Positions 13,188 to 23,551 of a DNA stretch of 64,000 bases are shown here, one piece after another. Location: the IMG/VR virus record IMGVR_UViG_3300045988_087221; one strand, written 5' to 3'. The position numbers and the translations under genes are program-made. The notes under the pieces are model-generated. The model made no database searches, was not told the DNA's origin, and saw nothing but the letters and a program-made list of their open reading frames with translations. The DNA is from a virus. Positions within the stretch are counted from its first letter, which is position 1; each line of letters starts with the position of its first letter.

Positions 13188-13640
13188 ATGACTTTAAATG
13201 ATGTTTTGACAAAACAGAATCTTATTACAAAGATTCTTTTAGCCAGTAATGGCAAAGAGCTCCCTAAGGAGTTGAAAGTAAAGATTATGAGAATTAGAAT
13301 GTCTTATAATAAGATTAAGAAACAGTTTGATGAAGATACACAAGAATTTAGTAAGCAAATTGTTTCAGATGAGTTAAGAGATTTAGCTAATAAGACAGAG
13401 CGTACTCCTGAAGAGGAAACTAAGTTTAATGAGCTGAATAATAAAGCTAATGCAGAATATCAAGAATATCTTATGCAGAAGGGCAATGAAGATATTAAAG
13501 ATGCACCTGAAGATACATTTACAGAGGGTGAGTATGGTGATATTCTTGATGTAAATTCTGATGGCGAGTATGAGATTAATGGTCAGAAAGTAAAAGCTGC
13601 TGACCTTATGGAAGCTTTTTATGAATTATTTGTTAAATAA
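13188..13640 (+). CDS. Hypothetical charged (Lys/Glu/Asp-rich) protein (150 aa), TAG-free
   Basis: Intact track ORF running from ATG to TAA. All 7 Gln codons are CAA/CAG. Confidence 0.75.
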   Translation: MTLNDVLTKQNLITKILLASNGKELPKELKVKIMRIRMSYNKIKKQFDEDTQEFSKQIVSDELRDLANKTERTPEEETKFNELNNKANAEYQEYLMQKGNEDIKDAPEDTFTEGEYGDILDVNSDGEYEINGQKVKAADLMEAFYELFVK

Positions 13641-13939
13641 TGGAAATAACAAAACAGAATCAAACATTTAATATTAATGATACAACTTCTGAGGGTTGGA
13701 CTATTACCGGTTCTGCCACTCAGGATGTTGATGGTTATACAACAATTAGTTTCAATATTAATAAAGATGGAGAGTTGAACAATCAAGTAGGGTACTACAA
13801 TTATAGTATTCCTAAAGATGGAATGGCTAATGTTAATATTACATCTAATCCAGAAAGTTTAGATGCTTTTATTGACTATGCTCAGACCGCAACTCAAAAA
13901 ATTAAAGATTATCTCGCTAACCAAACAATTTCTAAGTAA
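13640..13939 (+). CDS. Hypothetical acidic protein (99 aa), TAG-free
   Basis: Intact track ORF whose start overlaps the preceding stop (TAATG). All 7 Gln codons are CAA/CAG. Confidence 0.75.
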   Translation: MEITKQNQTFNINDTTSEGWTITGSATQDVDGYTTISFNINKDGELNNQVGYYNYSIPKDGMANVNITSNPESLDAFIDYAQTATQKIKDYLANQTISK

Positions 13940-13940
13940 T

Positions 13941-14021
13941 ATGGGAAGAAAGAAACCTAATTCACCAAGAGCAGGACTCTCAACAGGTGGCAAGTGTGGT
14001 GGAGGAAAGAAGACTAAGTAA
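13941..14021 (+). CDS. Possible 26-aa basic peptide MGRKKPNSPRAGLSTGGKCGGGKKTK
   Basis: ATG lies 1 nt after the previous TAA, and the ORF ends at TAA 14019-14021. It is too short to support beyond its position. Confidence 0.25.
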   Translation: MGRKKPNSPRAGLSTGGKCGGGKKTK

Positions 14022-14396
14022 GTATCTGCATAAGGTATTACTTATAATTCTTAAGTATACTCCTATAACAATAGCTATTATAGATATATTACATACAATT
14101 TTATCTTATTTAGATATTCCTGCTGAATTACTGAGTTTTTCGGAGGAATATCTATTTTAAGTTTAATCTTTTTATATTCTGCATCTTATGCTTTTCAATA
14201 TTGTGAATTACATAGGATTCCTTTACATTATGTTGTATGCAGTAATTTAATAGGTTTATATGATACTTATGTAGGTATTCCTTGTTCAGATAAACAATTA
14301 CTTTGTTTATACCTAATTATTACAGGAATATTTATTATAATATATACTAAGTATGTTATAGCTAATAAAAAGACTATTAAAACAAATAATAGATGA
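14020..14396 (+). pseudogene. Small multi-pass membrane protein coding signal, split over two frames and lacking an ATG (disrupted or recoded gene)
   Basis: The first frame reads KYLHKVLLIILKYTPITIAIIDILHTILSYLDIPAELLSF and stops at TAA 14158-14160. The -1 frame continues from the T5 run (14136-14140) as FFGGISILSLIFLYSASYAFQYCELHRIPLHYVVCSNLIGLYDTYVGIPCSDKQLLCLYLIITGIFIIIYTKYV and ends at TGA 14394-14396. Neither frame contains an in-frame ATG. Confidence 0.35.
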
Positions 14397-14655
14397 TATT
14401 GATACGGGTAATTCTAATGTATCATATGAAGAGTAGTGTAAAATTCTTCACTTTATCTAGAATATAACAGATAAGGATTAGAGAATGAGCAAAATACAAG
14501 CATGTGATTATTTAGGTGTTAGTCGTGCTACTTTTGACAATTATGTTAAGAACGGATGGATTCCAAAAGGATATAAATAGGATGGGTTTAAGGAATTGTC
14601 TTGGATGAAATCTGATCTTGACTTTTATTTAGACACTTATTCAAATAATAAGTAA
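14353..14655 (+). CDS. Helix-turn-helix DNA-binding protein (excisionase/MerR-like HTH)
   Basis: The frame is open from ATG 14353 (an alternative start is ATG 14485) to TAA 14653-14655. The sequence MSKIQACDYLGVSRATFDNYVKNGWIPKGYKQDGFKELSWMKSDLDFYL fits the HTH_17/excisionase pattern. One TAG lies inside the HTH part, and three more lie in the N-terminal extension. Confidence 0.65.
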
Positions 14656-14668
14656 TGTTCTGATGTTT

Positions 14669-14736
14669 GAGGAGACGTAGTTAGAGGTTATTATCAATTG
14701 ATAATGCCATTAACTATGTTTCCTCTTTTTATTTTT
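14669..14736 (+). terminator. Intrinsic terminator
   Basis: A 15-bp stem pairs GAGGAGACGTAGTTA (14669-14683) with TAACTATGTTTCCTC (14711-14725), including two G-U pairs. An inner palindrome TTATCAATTGATAA lies within the loop, and the stem is followed by TTTTTATTTTT. Confidence 0.8.
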
Positions 14737-14827
14737 AGTAATGTCCGAAATTTTAAAATTTGAAGTATATAGTTGTTTAGTTCTAGAACATAAACAGATA
14801 ATTATTAAATCTTTAAATTTTTAAGCA

Positions 14828-15793
14828 ATGAGTGAAACAAAAACTTTTGTTGTTCCTGATAACTTAACAGGAAACAACGATAATCTTGCTACTATGGCAA
14901 TGATGAATGGAGGTTTTGGAGGAGGTATGTGGAATAATCCTTTTATGTATCTCGTATGGATGTACATCATGCGTTGGATGAATAATGGTTATGGAGACCA
15001 AGGCGGAGACCCTGCAGTACAAAGACAGCTTCAAACTCTCTAGGATTAGATGCAAGATAATCACAATTCAGATTTAGTTATGTAGGCGATTAAAGGTAAT
15101 AGTTAGGCACTGCAAGATTTATCTACTAGACTTAGTTGTGATGCTAATGCTATTTAGAGTGCAATTCAGAGTGTACAATCTAGTATAGCTAATGTAGGTA
15201 GTTAGGTAGGATTCTCTTCTGAAAGAATAATTAATGCAGTAAATAGTGGAGATAGTGGTATTATCCAGGCTCTTAATAACTGTTGCTGCTCTACTTAGAA
15301 AGAAATTATTAAAATGGGTTACGAGAACCAGATTAATAACTAGAATCAGACTTATTAGTTAACTAGTCAGTTAAATGGTGTAAATAATGTAATTCAGAAC
15401 GGATTTCGAGATACTAATTATGCTACTCAGCAATAGACTTGCTCTTTATAGAATACAATTAAAGACACAACTACTATTAATACTAACGCTATTTTAGCTA
15501 AGTTAGATGCTCTTAATACTACAGCTTTATAGGATAAGATTCAGTCTTTACGTGAAAAGAATAGTGAGCAGGCTACAGCTATTAATAATTCTCAGCAAAG
15601 CGCATTATTTGCTCAGATGTTAAATGCTGCAACAACTCCTATTAATGCAGCAGTTAATAATCTGACTCAAGAGATAGCTAGTATTCAGTGTAAACTTCCA
15701 AATACAGTAACTTTACCATATTCTTGTGCTACTGCAGTTCCTACTTCTTTAGCATATAATTTATATGGAGCTAATACAGGCTTTTGGGCATAA
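14828..15793 (+). CDS. Gln/Asn-rich coiled-coil protein with an aromatic/Met-rich N-terminal segment (321 aa)
   Basis: Track ORF 14828 continues through 12 in-frame TAG to TAA 15791-15793. The TAGs sit in Q-rich contexts such as LQTLQDQMQD, INNQNQTYQL and ATQQQT. Confidence 0.8.
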
Positions 15794-15794
15794 G

Positions 15795-15802
15795 AAAGGA
15801 GG
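15795..15802 (+). promoter_or_regulatory. Shine-Dalgarno-like AAAGGAGG 5 nt upstream of ATG 15808
   Basis: Read directly from the sequence. The other gene starts I inspected lack such a motif. Confidence 0.35.
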
Positions 15803-15807
15803 TATCT

Positions 15808-16131
15808 ATGATATTACTTAATCCTTATGTTTACGCAAATAGAAATGGTATTCCTAGATTAGAAGCTAATTCAGTAAATGTTGGAACCACTAATGTAACA
15901 TTTACCTTTACTCCACATAGTTTCTTAAATAAAGCTTATTCAGGATTAATTTTATTTAAATTACCTGGATTTACAGCTCCTACTACAGCAGTTCCTATTG
16001 TATTTAATACAAATGGAAAGGATTAGGATTTAACTACATTAGGTGGAGCAGCTGTTACCTCTGCAACTTTAAATTAGGCTGGTATATATTTAGCTTATTA
16101 CGAAAATAATACATTACAATTATTATCTTAA
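15808..16131 (+). CDS. Hypothetical virion-module protein (107 aa)
   Basis: ATG 15808 follows the SD-like motif and lies in the frame of track ORF 15784. The ORF reads through 2 TAG to TAA 16129-16131. Confidence 0.7.
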
Positions 16132-16135
16132 TATT

Positions 16136-16618
16136 ATGGCATTTTCTAATTTACGTAACGGTAATCAACTATTTATATTACATAAAGATAATGTACCATC
16201 ATTGGAATTAGGTAAGGTGTCTAACATAACACCGCCTGTTCCTAAGTATGGTAATGCTGGGATGTATAATCCGGAGATGATTTTAGATATTACTGCTGAC
16301 GTAAATGGAACTATGACTAATTTCTAGAAATTGCCAGCAAATAGTGAGATAGCAGATTTTGGTAATAATATAGTTATATCTTGTAATAAAGAAGCTATGA
16401 GTAGTGAAATTAATTCTATGAAATAGCGAAGTACAGATATAGTTAATAGTATTTAGTTACATAAAGATATTATTAAAGGATGTGATGAAATACTTATGCA
16501 ATTGAATCCTGAAATCTAGGAAAGACAAAGATAGGAAGCAGAGAATAAAGCTTTAAGAGAGGAAGTTAATTCTCTAAAAGAAATGTTTAAAGAATTTATG
16601 AAATCATGGCAACAATAA
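16136..16618 (+). CDS. Hypothetical protein with C-terminal coiled coil (160 aa)
   Basis: Track ORF 16136 extends through 5 TAG to TAA 16616-16618. Confidence 0.75.
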
Positions 16619-16800
16619 TTGAAGTACAAGATACAAAGTTGGATAATCTTTCTGAGTATGTAGAGAAAATGATCAATTATGGTGGAAAAGTAATGCACTG
16701 TATTGAAGAAATGTAGTCTAAGGATTACAATGAGAAGTATGGAAGACGTAGATACCCTAGAGAAGAGTATCGTGACCCTGACTATAGTAGATATTTCTAA
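16606..16800 (+). CDS. Small hypothetical protein (64 aa)
   Basis: ATG 16606 overlaps the end of the previous gene. The ORF has one TAG and ends at TAA 16798-16800. Confidence 0.55.
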
Positions 16801-16802
16801 TT

Positions 16803-17204
16803 ATGAGACAAGCTTTAGATACTTATGATGATATGCCTAAATATATGAAGTAGTATTTACGTAATTATGGTTGGCATTTCAATAAAGCTTTATGTAATTA
16901 TGCAGTATCTCTGATGAAAAAAGGAGGTCAAAAACTTGAACCAGTATCTAAAGAATATGTAGATAAGACTTTAGAACAATACAATATCCAATTAGAAAAG
17001 AATGTAGGTTGCGACTATGTATTCGTAGCTAATATGTGTAAAGCAGATTACTATGGTAGTAGTATAACCGATGAAAAACACTTTGCTCTTTATATTAAAG
17101 ACACAATAGATGATGAAGATGCAGGTGATGGTACTACTATGAGAAGATGGTATGCAACTATGGTAGCTAATGGGACAATGGTAGATTGGGAAGAGTTCAT
17201 ATGA
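16803..17204 (+). CDS. Hypothetical protein (133 aa)
   Basis: ATG 16803 is in the frame of track ORF 16914. The ORF has one TAG, and TGA 17202-17204 overlaps the next ATG. Confidence 0.75.
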
Positions 17205-17593
17205 TACATTACAAAGCTTGTTTAGAAAAATATAATTGGTCAGTTGATATTTATGTAATACAGTATAAACACGATTTAAAATACTTAGACTGTATAGCTA
17301 ATAAATATAATTTACCTAACAAAATTTATGATAAATTAACAAATAGACTAACTAATTATATTAATTCTGGATTTATTTATAATTGTGATAAAACTAATCA
17401 CAGTATTATATTTGTAGGAGAATCAGATTCTATTTATGAAGCTGCAAATACACTAGCACATGAAAAGAATCACCTAGAGATATATCTGTGTAAGCTATTA
17501 AATATAAATCCAGAATCAGAAGATGCTGCTATTCTAAGTGGAGATATTACAGAATAGTTAATAAATCCATATATAGTATAGCTAATTAAATAA
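17201..17593 (+). CDS. Small protein with an HExxH zinc-metallopeptidase-like motif (130 aa)
   Basis: ATG 17201 forms an ATGA overlap and lies in the frame of track ORF 17186. The ORF reads through 2 TAG to TAA 17591-17593. The motif AHEKNH is encoded at 17456-17473. Confidence 0.7.
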
Positions 17594-17608
17594 TTAAAAA
17601 GTAGTAAT

Positions 17609-17650
17609 AGAGGAATTTCTTAATTTTGAGGAGTTCCTCTATTTTTGTTT
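17609..17650 (+). terminator. Intrinsic terminator
   Basis: The stem pairs AGAGGAA (17609-17615) with TTCCTCT (17634-17640) and is followed by ATTTTTGTTTT. Confidence 0.75.
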
Positions 17651-17708
17651 TGCAGCAATATTTCTATTAAATATATATAGACCATAAAGTAATAAATATA
17701 TAAATACT

Positions 17709-18116
17709 ATGGGAAAATATTTTAGCATTGCAGAATTAACTAAGAGTGAAACTGCAAATAAAAGAAAAATTGACAATAAACCTACTAAAGAAGTAGAGAA
17801 ATGTCTTAATTAGTTAATAGATAATATTTTAGATCCACTGAGAGAAGCTTATGGATAGCCAATTATTGTGTCGAGTGGATATAGATGCCCTGAATTAAAT
17901 AAAGCAGTTGGAGGTGCTAGAACTAGCTAGCATACACTTGGCTAGGCTGCAGATATTCATACTAAATCTAATTCTAAGGAAAGTAATAAACAATTATTTG
18001 AACTTATTAAATAGTTAAAGCTTCCTTTCGATTAGTTAATTAATGAGTATAATTATTCTTGGGTACATGTCAGCTATTCTAATAGAAATAGAAGACAAAT
18101 TCTTAATATTAAATAA
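17709..18116 (+). CDS. Peptidase M15 (VanY / L-alanyl-D-glutamate peptidase-like) cell-wall hydrolase, probable endolysin (135 aa)
   Basis: The sequence SSGYRCPELNKAVGGARTSQHTLGQAADI matches the M15 SxHxxGxAxD zinc-binding pattern. The ORF has 7 in-frame TAG, including the Q of S-Q-H (17928-17930), and ends at TAA 18114-18116. Confidence 0.8.
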
Positions 18117-20071
18117 TGGCACAACTTTTTGGTAAAAATTATTAGGAGGCAGGTTCCTCTTCCTCCCCACTATTACTAAGAAGTAATGGAGAAATTAAAT
18201 TATAGTGGGGAAATAAATTTATAGATTTAGTTAAAAACGGAAAAATAAATTCAGAAGCTAAAGATTATATATTCACTGTAGACACTTCTGATGAAATTAA
18301 AGCAAATGGAATATATTTAGTTACAGAAGATAGTTCTATTTGGATAAATGTAGAAGGCACTAAAACTAAATTAAATGATACTAGTACTACTTATGTGTCA
18401 TTTTTAACAGAATAGGAGACAACTCCTGAATAGAAATAGCAAGCTTTAACTAATTTAGGCTTAATATATGAAAATATAGATGCCTTAAATAAAGCAAATC
18501 TCGTAACTGGCTTAGCTTATGTAGTTGAAGCCAATAAATTGTATTTAATTCAAAACAAAGTAGTTTCAGAGTATCAAGTAACATCAGCCTTACCTACTTC
18601 AGGTAAATTTGATGATTTAACTATTAGTAATTTAACTATTAAAAACAACACTGTAAATTCAAGTTAGTTGATATTAGCAATTAACAATATACCGTATTTA
18701 TAGCTAAATGATAATATACTTTGTAGTGTCCCCTTCTTAGTAGATAAACTACAATCAGTAAATTATAATTATAATAAATCTGGATTTGCATTATATCAGG
18801 ATAATGGTAAATCTGTTCTTGATGTAGACAGTTTAAATTGGAGAAATATAGAATCAGAGTTACCTAAAAATTAGAAAACTTATATCACTTATACTATTTT
18901 AGGTGACTTTAATATAGTTACTGAAGTTACTGATGTATCCTCAGAAACTGATTCTTTATATAAACTGAAATTAAAATATCCTAATAATATACCTTCAAAT
19001 TTACCTAATTACATATTAGCAGAGTTAGAAACCACTTACAATATATTTCTTTTAACTACAAAAGTATAGGTATAGGATGATGTAAGTTATAATCAAATAG
19101 TATTAGATAAAAATATTCCAGAAACACATTAGCTATATGTAAAATTTTCAGATTCTTCTACCAAACTTTATTCTAGAAATGATGCTAAATTATTTGACGT
19201 TAATTTAACAGTAGATGAAGCTTATTTATATAATAATGGTATTGATACTAGATATATAGTTGATATAGATAGTGCTCAAAAACATGATATAATTCCTTTA
19301 GAGTTTGAGGTCTGTGAGATAGATAAATATTATATAACTATTAAACTTCAAAATACTCTATTAGCACCTGATTTATTAAATTCTAACTAGTTAAAGATAT
19401 ATCAGGCAAGAGTTCCTCAATTTATTTAGGGCGAGGGATTTTTAGCATTACGTAAATGGGACTCTGTAAATAATAAATATGTTTATCATACTATTATGGG
19501 CACTTATAAGGAATCTAAGTTTGGAATATCTGATGATACTAGTGATAAATTTGGATTTTACAGTGATGATGTTAAAGTCACTGGAATTTCATTAAGTGGA
19601 GCTTAGTTTTCTGGACAATTACCTATTTTTACTGAAACTAAACCAGACACAATAGCAAATAACTAGTTTCCAACTATGGAAATAGTTAATGAAAAAATAA
19701 AGAAAGCTGTTGATGATGCAGGTGATACTAATTTAGCTTTAATTAATAAGAATGCTTTACCTAAAGGTTCTATTGTAATGTTTAATAATGCTGATAAAAT
19801 ACCTGATAAATGGTAGATTTGTGATGGAACTAATGGAACTCCTAATTTAATTGACAAATTTATAAAAGCAGGAATGACTCTTAAAGAAGAATCTATAGAA
19901 TTAACTAAATATACAAGCTCTACAACAGGGACAACTCCTCCAGAGGAAACTACTTCTGAAGGAGGTACTACTGAAACTACACCTGGAGGAACAACTCCAG
20001 AACAACCTAAAGAAGATAATAAATATAAGCTTGATGCTTATTCTTTAATATTTATAATGAAAATGAAATAA
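18116..20071 (+). CDS. Tail fibre protein with C-terminal phage tail-collar domain (651 aa)
   Basis: The start overlaps the previous stop (TAATG). The ORF shares the frame of track ORF 19874 and is open through many TAG. The collar motif LPKGSIVMFNNADKIPDKWQICDGTNGTPNLIDKFIKAG is present. Ends at TAA 20069-20071. Confidence 0.8.
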
Positions 20072-21105
20072 TGAATATGGAAAGTAATTTTGATGACTCA
20101 ATGTTTGATGTAGATGAGTTTGATGAAACTCCTACTCAAGAAAAGCAAGAACCAGATCCAAAGCCAGAAAAAACAGGTAATTAGGAGACTGATTCTACTC
20201 CTCCAAGTGAAGGAGATTAGGAAGATGATTTAACTACTGAAGTATTAAAACTTAGAGGTATTAGTAATCCAGACAAAATTAAATTTGAAGATGAGAGTGG
20301 TGCTGTTACAGAACGCTCTTGGGATTCTCTAACTAAAGAGGAGTAGATAAATATCTTAGCAGATTAGAGAGAGCATTAGGAAACTAATAATGACTTGGCA
20401 GAAGACGAAGCTGACCTTATTAATGCTATTAGAAACAGTGGAATGAGTGTTCAGGAATATATGCAAACTATTACTCCACAAATTAATCAGCCATAGGATA
20501 CAAATTAGTTTGATGCTATGTCAGATGAGGATTTATATGCTTTCGACATATTAAATAAAGTTGGTAATGATAACATTACAGATGAAGAACTTGATGCTGC
20601 TCTAGAAGCTGCTAAAGCTAATGAAACTTTATTTAAGAAAACAGTAGACGGATTAAGACAACAATATAATAGATTACAAGAAGAACAAAAACAAAACATT
20701 GCAAATCAACAATAGGCTGCGGCTCAGCAGAGATATTAGGCATTTGCTAATGTGGTTAACAATTAGATTGACAACTTTAATAGTTTTGCAGGACAACCTA
20801 TTCAATTATCTAATCAAGATAAAGACAATTTGTCTGAATTTATGTTAGCTTTAGATGAAGATGGTTCTAGTGCTTTAGGTAAGGCATTGCAAGATCCACG
20901 TCTTTTAACTAAAGCCGCTTTTTGGCTGCTTAATGAATAGGATTTAATTGCAGAATTATAGAAGCAACAACAAGATGCATATACTCGTGGTTACAATGCA
21001 GGTAAAGGAGACATTCTTAACAAATCTAAGTTCGTATTTAAACCCACAAAGCAAGCTACGAGTAAAAAGGATGAATCTATTTGGGATTCAGACGATTGGG
21101 ATTAA
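20071..21105 (+). CDS. Acidic Gln-rich protein immediately upstream of the capsid gene, candidate scaffolding protein (344 aa)
   Basis: The start overlaps the previous stop (TAATG). The ORF is in the frame of track ORF 20518 and ends at TAA 21103-21105. The function is inferred only from composition and position. Confidence 0.7.
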
Positions 21106-21126
21106 TTTTTAAATTTAATTTTATTT

Positions 21127-22548
21127 ATGTTAGTAGCAAATTTTGTAACAAACCATGCAACCATGGGAGATACAAGAACTTACGAAGATTTTAGTAAGTT
21201 TTTAGGTGAAAGACCTCACCGACTTGGAGTAGTATCAAGACTCTATCCAGAATTGACAGCTACATTCTTGACAGAGGCACTGCGAAATGTTTATTATGGT
21301 GATTCTAAACCAAGTAAGTATCAGAGTATTGATTCTACTTACTTTGAATGGGAGGTAGAAACTAATTATATTAAGCGTGTCCCATTTGCAGCTGAACCAG
21401 TTGGTGATGGAGCAAACGGTTCTGAGATTGAAATGATTTTCCCAGAGAATTATTATCGTTTGCATGAAATCTTCAAGATTGAGAGTACTGGTCAATAGTG
21501 TTTTGTTGTTTCTGACAGTGTTAGAAAGGCAGATAATATGTGGTCAGTAATGGTTCGCTTGCTTGATGATGATTATTCTTCTGTACTGGATACTGATGGT
21601 ACACATATTGGTGATTATACCTATTTTATCGGTAACGCTAAACCAGAATTGCATGAGACTGGTTGGGTTAAGTATCAGAGTAATGTAGAAAAGATGCGTA
21701 ATTATATGAGTACTATTCGTGTATAGGATACATATAGTGCTAAGTATGCATTAATGGAGGATACATTTATCAAGATTGGTAAAGGAGAGAACCAGGGATG
21801 TCTTACTGAAAAGATTTATAAGTTGGATCCTATGAAGAAGAATCTTATTGAGAACTTCTTGTATGCAAGAGAGAATATGATTTTGCTTGCTAAGGGTACT
21901 GTAGGTGTTGATGGTAAGACTACATTGGCTGATAAAGCTACAGGACAACCTATCTTTATCGGTGATGGTGCAATTCCTCAAATTGAGCGCTTTGCTAGTA
22001 AGTATTCTGCAAATAGAATTACAATTGGCACATTCCATACAATAATTTCTGATATGGTATCAAAAGCAGATAAGCCAACAGGTAATCATTTCTGCTTTAT
22101 GTGTAATGAAAAAGCTTGGGCTATCGTACAGAGAGTACTTGGTGAGTATCTTTCTACTAGAAAGACAGACGGAGCTTATCTTTGGTCTAAGCAAGGTGAA
22201 GGAAAGTATATTAAAGTAGGTGCTACATTCGATGCATATGAGTGGGGTGGTAACACTATTAGCTTCAAGGTTGATAGAACATTGTCTAGAGAATATCAAG
22301 ACCCATACTTCTTGTGTATTGATTTGACAACAGGTAAGACATCTACACAACCTCCTATTCAAATGTTCTCATTGAAGGGTAAAGATTATATCTTCAATGA
22401 AGTCCTTGGTGTAGGTGGTCGCTCAGGAGGTGAAAGCGGTGTTGTAAGTTCACCAGTAGCAGGTGGTCTTATGACAATCTGGGGATACGCAGGTATTGCT
22501 GTATTTAACCCTTATAAATCATTTATTCTTAAAGCTAAGGAATATTGA
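21127..22548 (+). CDS. Probable major capsid protein (473 aa)
   Basis: Track ORFs 21127, 21538 and 21754 share one frame and are joined by only two TAG (21496-21498 and 21724-21726). The gene ends at TGA 22546-22548. It has 11 CAA/CAG against 2 TAG, the size and position match a crAss-like capsid gene, and a strong stem-loop follows. Confidence 0.7.
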
Positions 22549-22593
22549 TTTAATTAATAGATTTAAAAAGATTATCTAATAATATTAAGATAC

Positions 22594-22619
22594 GGTAGGA
22601 GACGAGGTGCTCTCCTACC
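22594..22619 (+). terminator. Stem-loop after the capsid gene (weak terminator or RNA-stabilising hairpin)
   Basis: A perfect 9-bp stem pairs GGTAGGAGA with TCTCCTACC around an 8-nt loop. The downstream sequence is only TATTCAT, so there is no clear U-tract. Confidence 0.45.
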
Positions 22620-22644
22620 TATTCATAGAAATTTATAATGAATT

Positions 22645-23529
22645 ATGGCAAAGAAAGTTAATGATGTAAAGGACGGTGACTTAAAGAGTAATGTTGTTGT
22701 TCTTAGAAGTGTTTATGGTAAAGTTGGATAGAAATATTTTATTCAGCCACAAAGAGATCCTAAAACTGGACGTTTTCCAGAGTGTGTAAAATAGGTAAAT
22801 TCATACGGAGATATTCTTCTCACAGAAGATGAAAGAAATAGAGAAGCACAAGGTTTAGCACACTTTATTCCGGTAACTGAAGTGTTTACTATTACTGATG
22901 GTAAGTCATTTAATTTAGATGATATTTATCAAGCTGCTGAATGGGAAGCAATTAAAAACTGTGACCTTATTGCTGTAGATAGATATGCTAAGAATGATAA
23001 GGGTGATTATTTAATTGATGGTACTGTAGATAAGCATTCTACAAGACCTCGTTATGGTGCTGCTGAGTTATATGTTGATAAACCTGGTCTTGATGCATCT
23101 CGTAGAGTTACTAGAAAGAAACTTATTCATCAAGCTATTAACTTCATTCTTGATGATGAAAGAGGCTATGATGGTAGATTGCTTGTAGCTAGAGTATTGG
23201 GTAGAAATATGAAAAATCAACCTAACGCAGATGTTGAGGATTATTTAATTTCTATTGCAGAAAAGACTCCAGAGAAGATTATTAATTGCTACACTGGAGG
23301 AGATATGCAATTCCGTATGTTATTTATTGAAGCTCGTGAACATGGAGTAATTAGAAAGAAACAAGGTCTCTATGTTTTCGGTGACGATGGAAAATGTATC
23401 TTAGGAGCAACAGATGATGCTGCTATTGAATGGATGCAAAGTCCTAAGAATAGTAAAGTCATGGCTATGATTCGTAAAGATACTTATCCTGAAATGTTCG
23501 TAGATGAAGAACTCTCAGATAAGAAATAA
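22645..23529 (+). CDS. Virion structural protein (294 aa), TAG-poor
   Basis: ATG 22645 is in the frame of track ORF 22882. The ORF has 2 TAG and ends at TAA. Confidence 0.8.
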
Positions 23530-23551
23530 TAAACAAAATTAATCGTTTTAA

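Noticed and set aside
14016-14025. A programmed +1 frameshift at AAG-TAA-G joining the 26-aa basic ORF to the membrane ORF.
   Set aside because: The P-site Lys tRNA would not re-pair in the +1 frame (AGT). Together with the -1 event at 14136 it would require two recoding events in about 120 nt. A disrupted gene or an assembly error is more economical.
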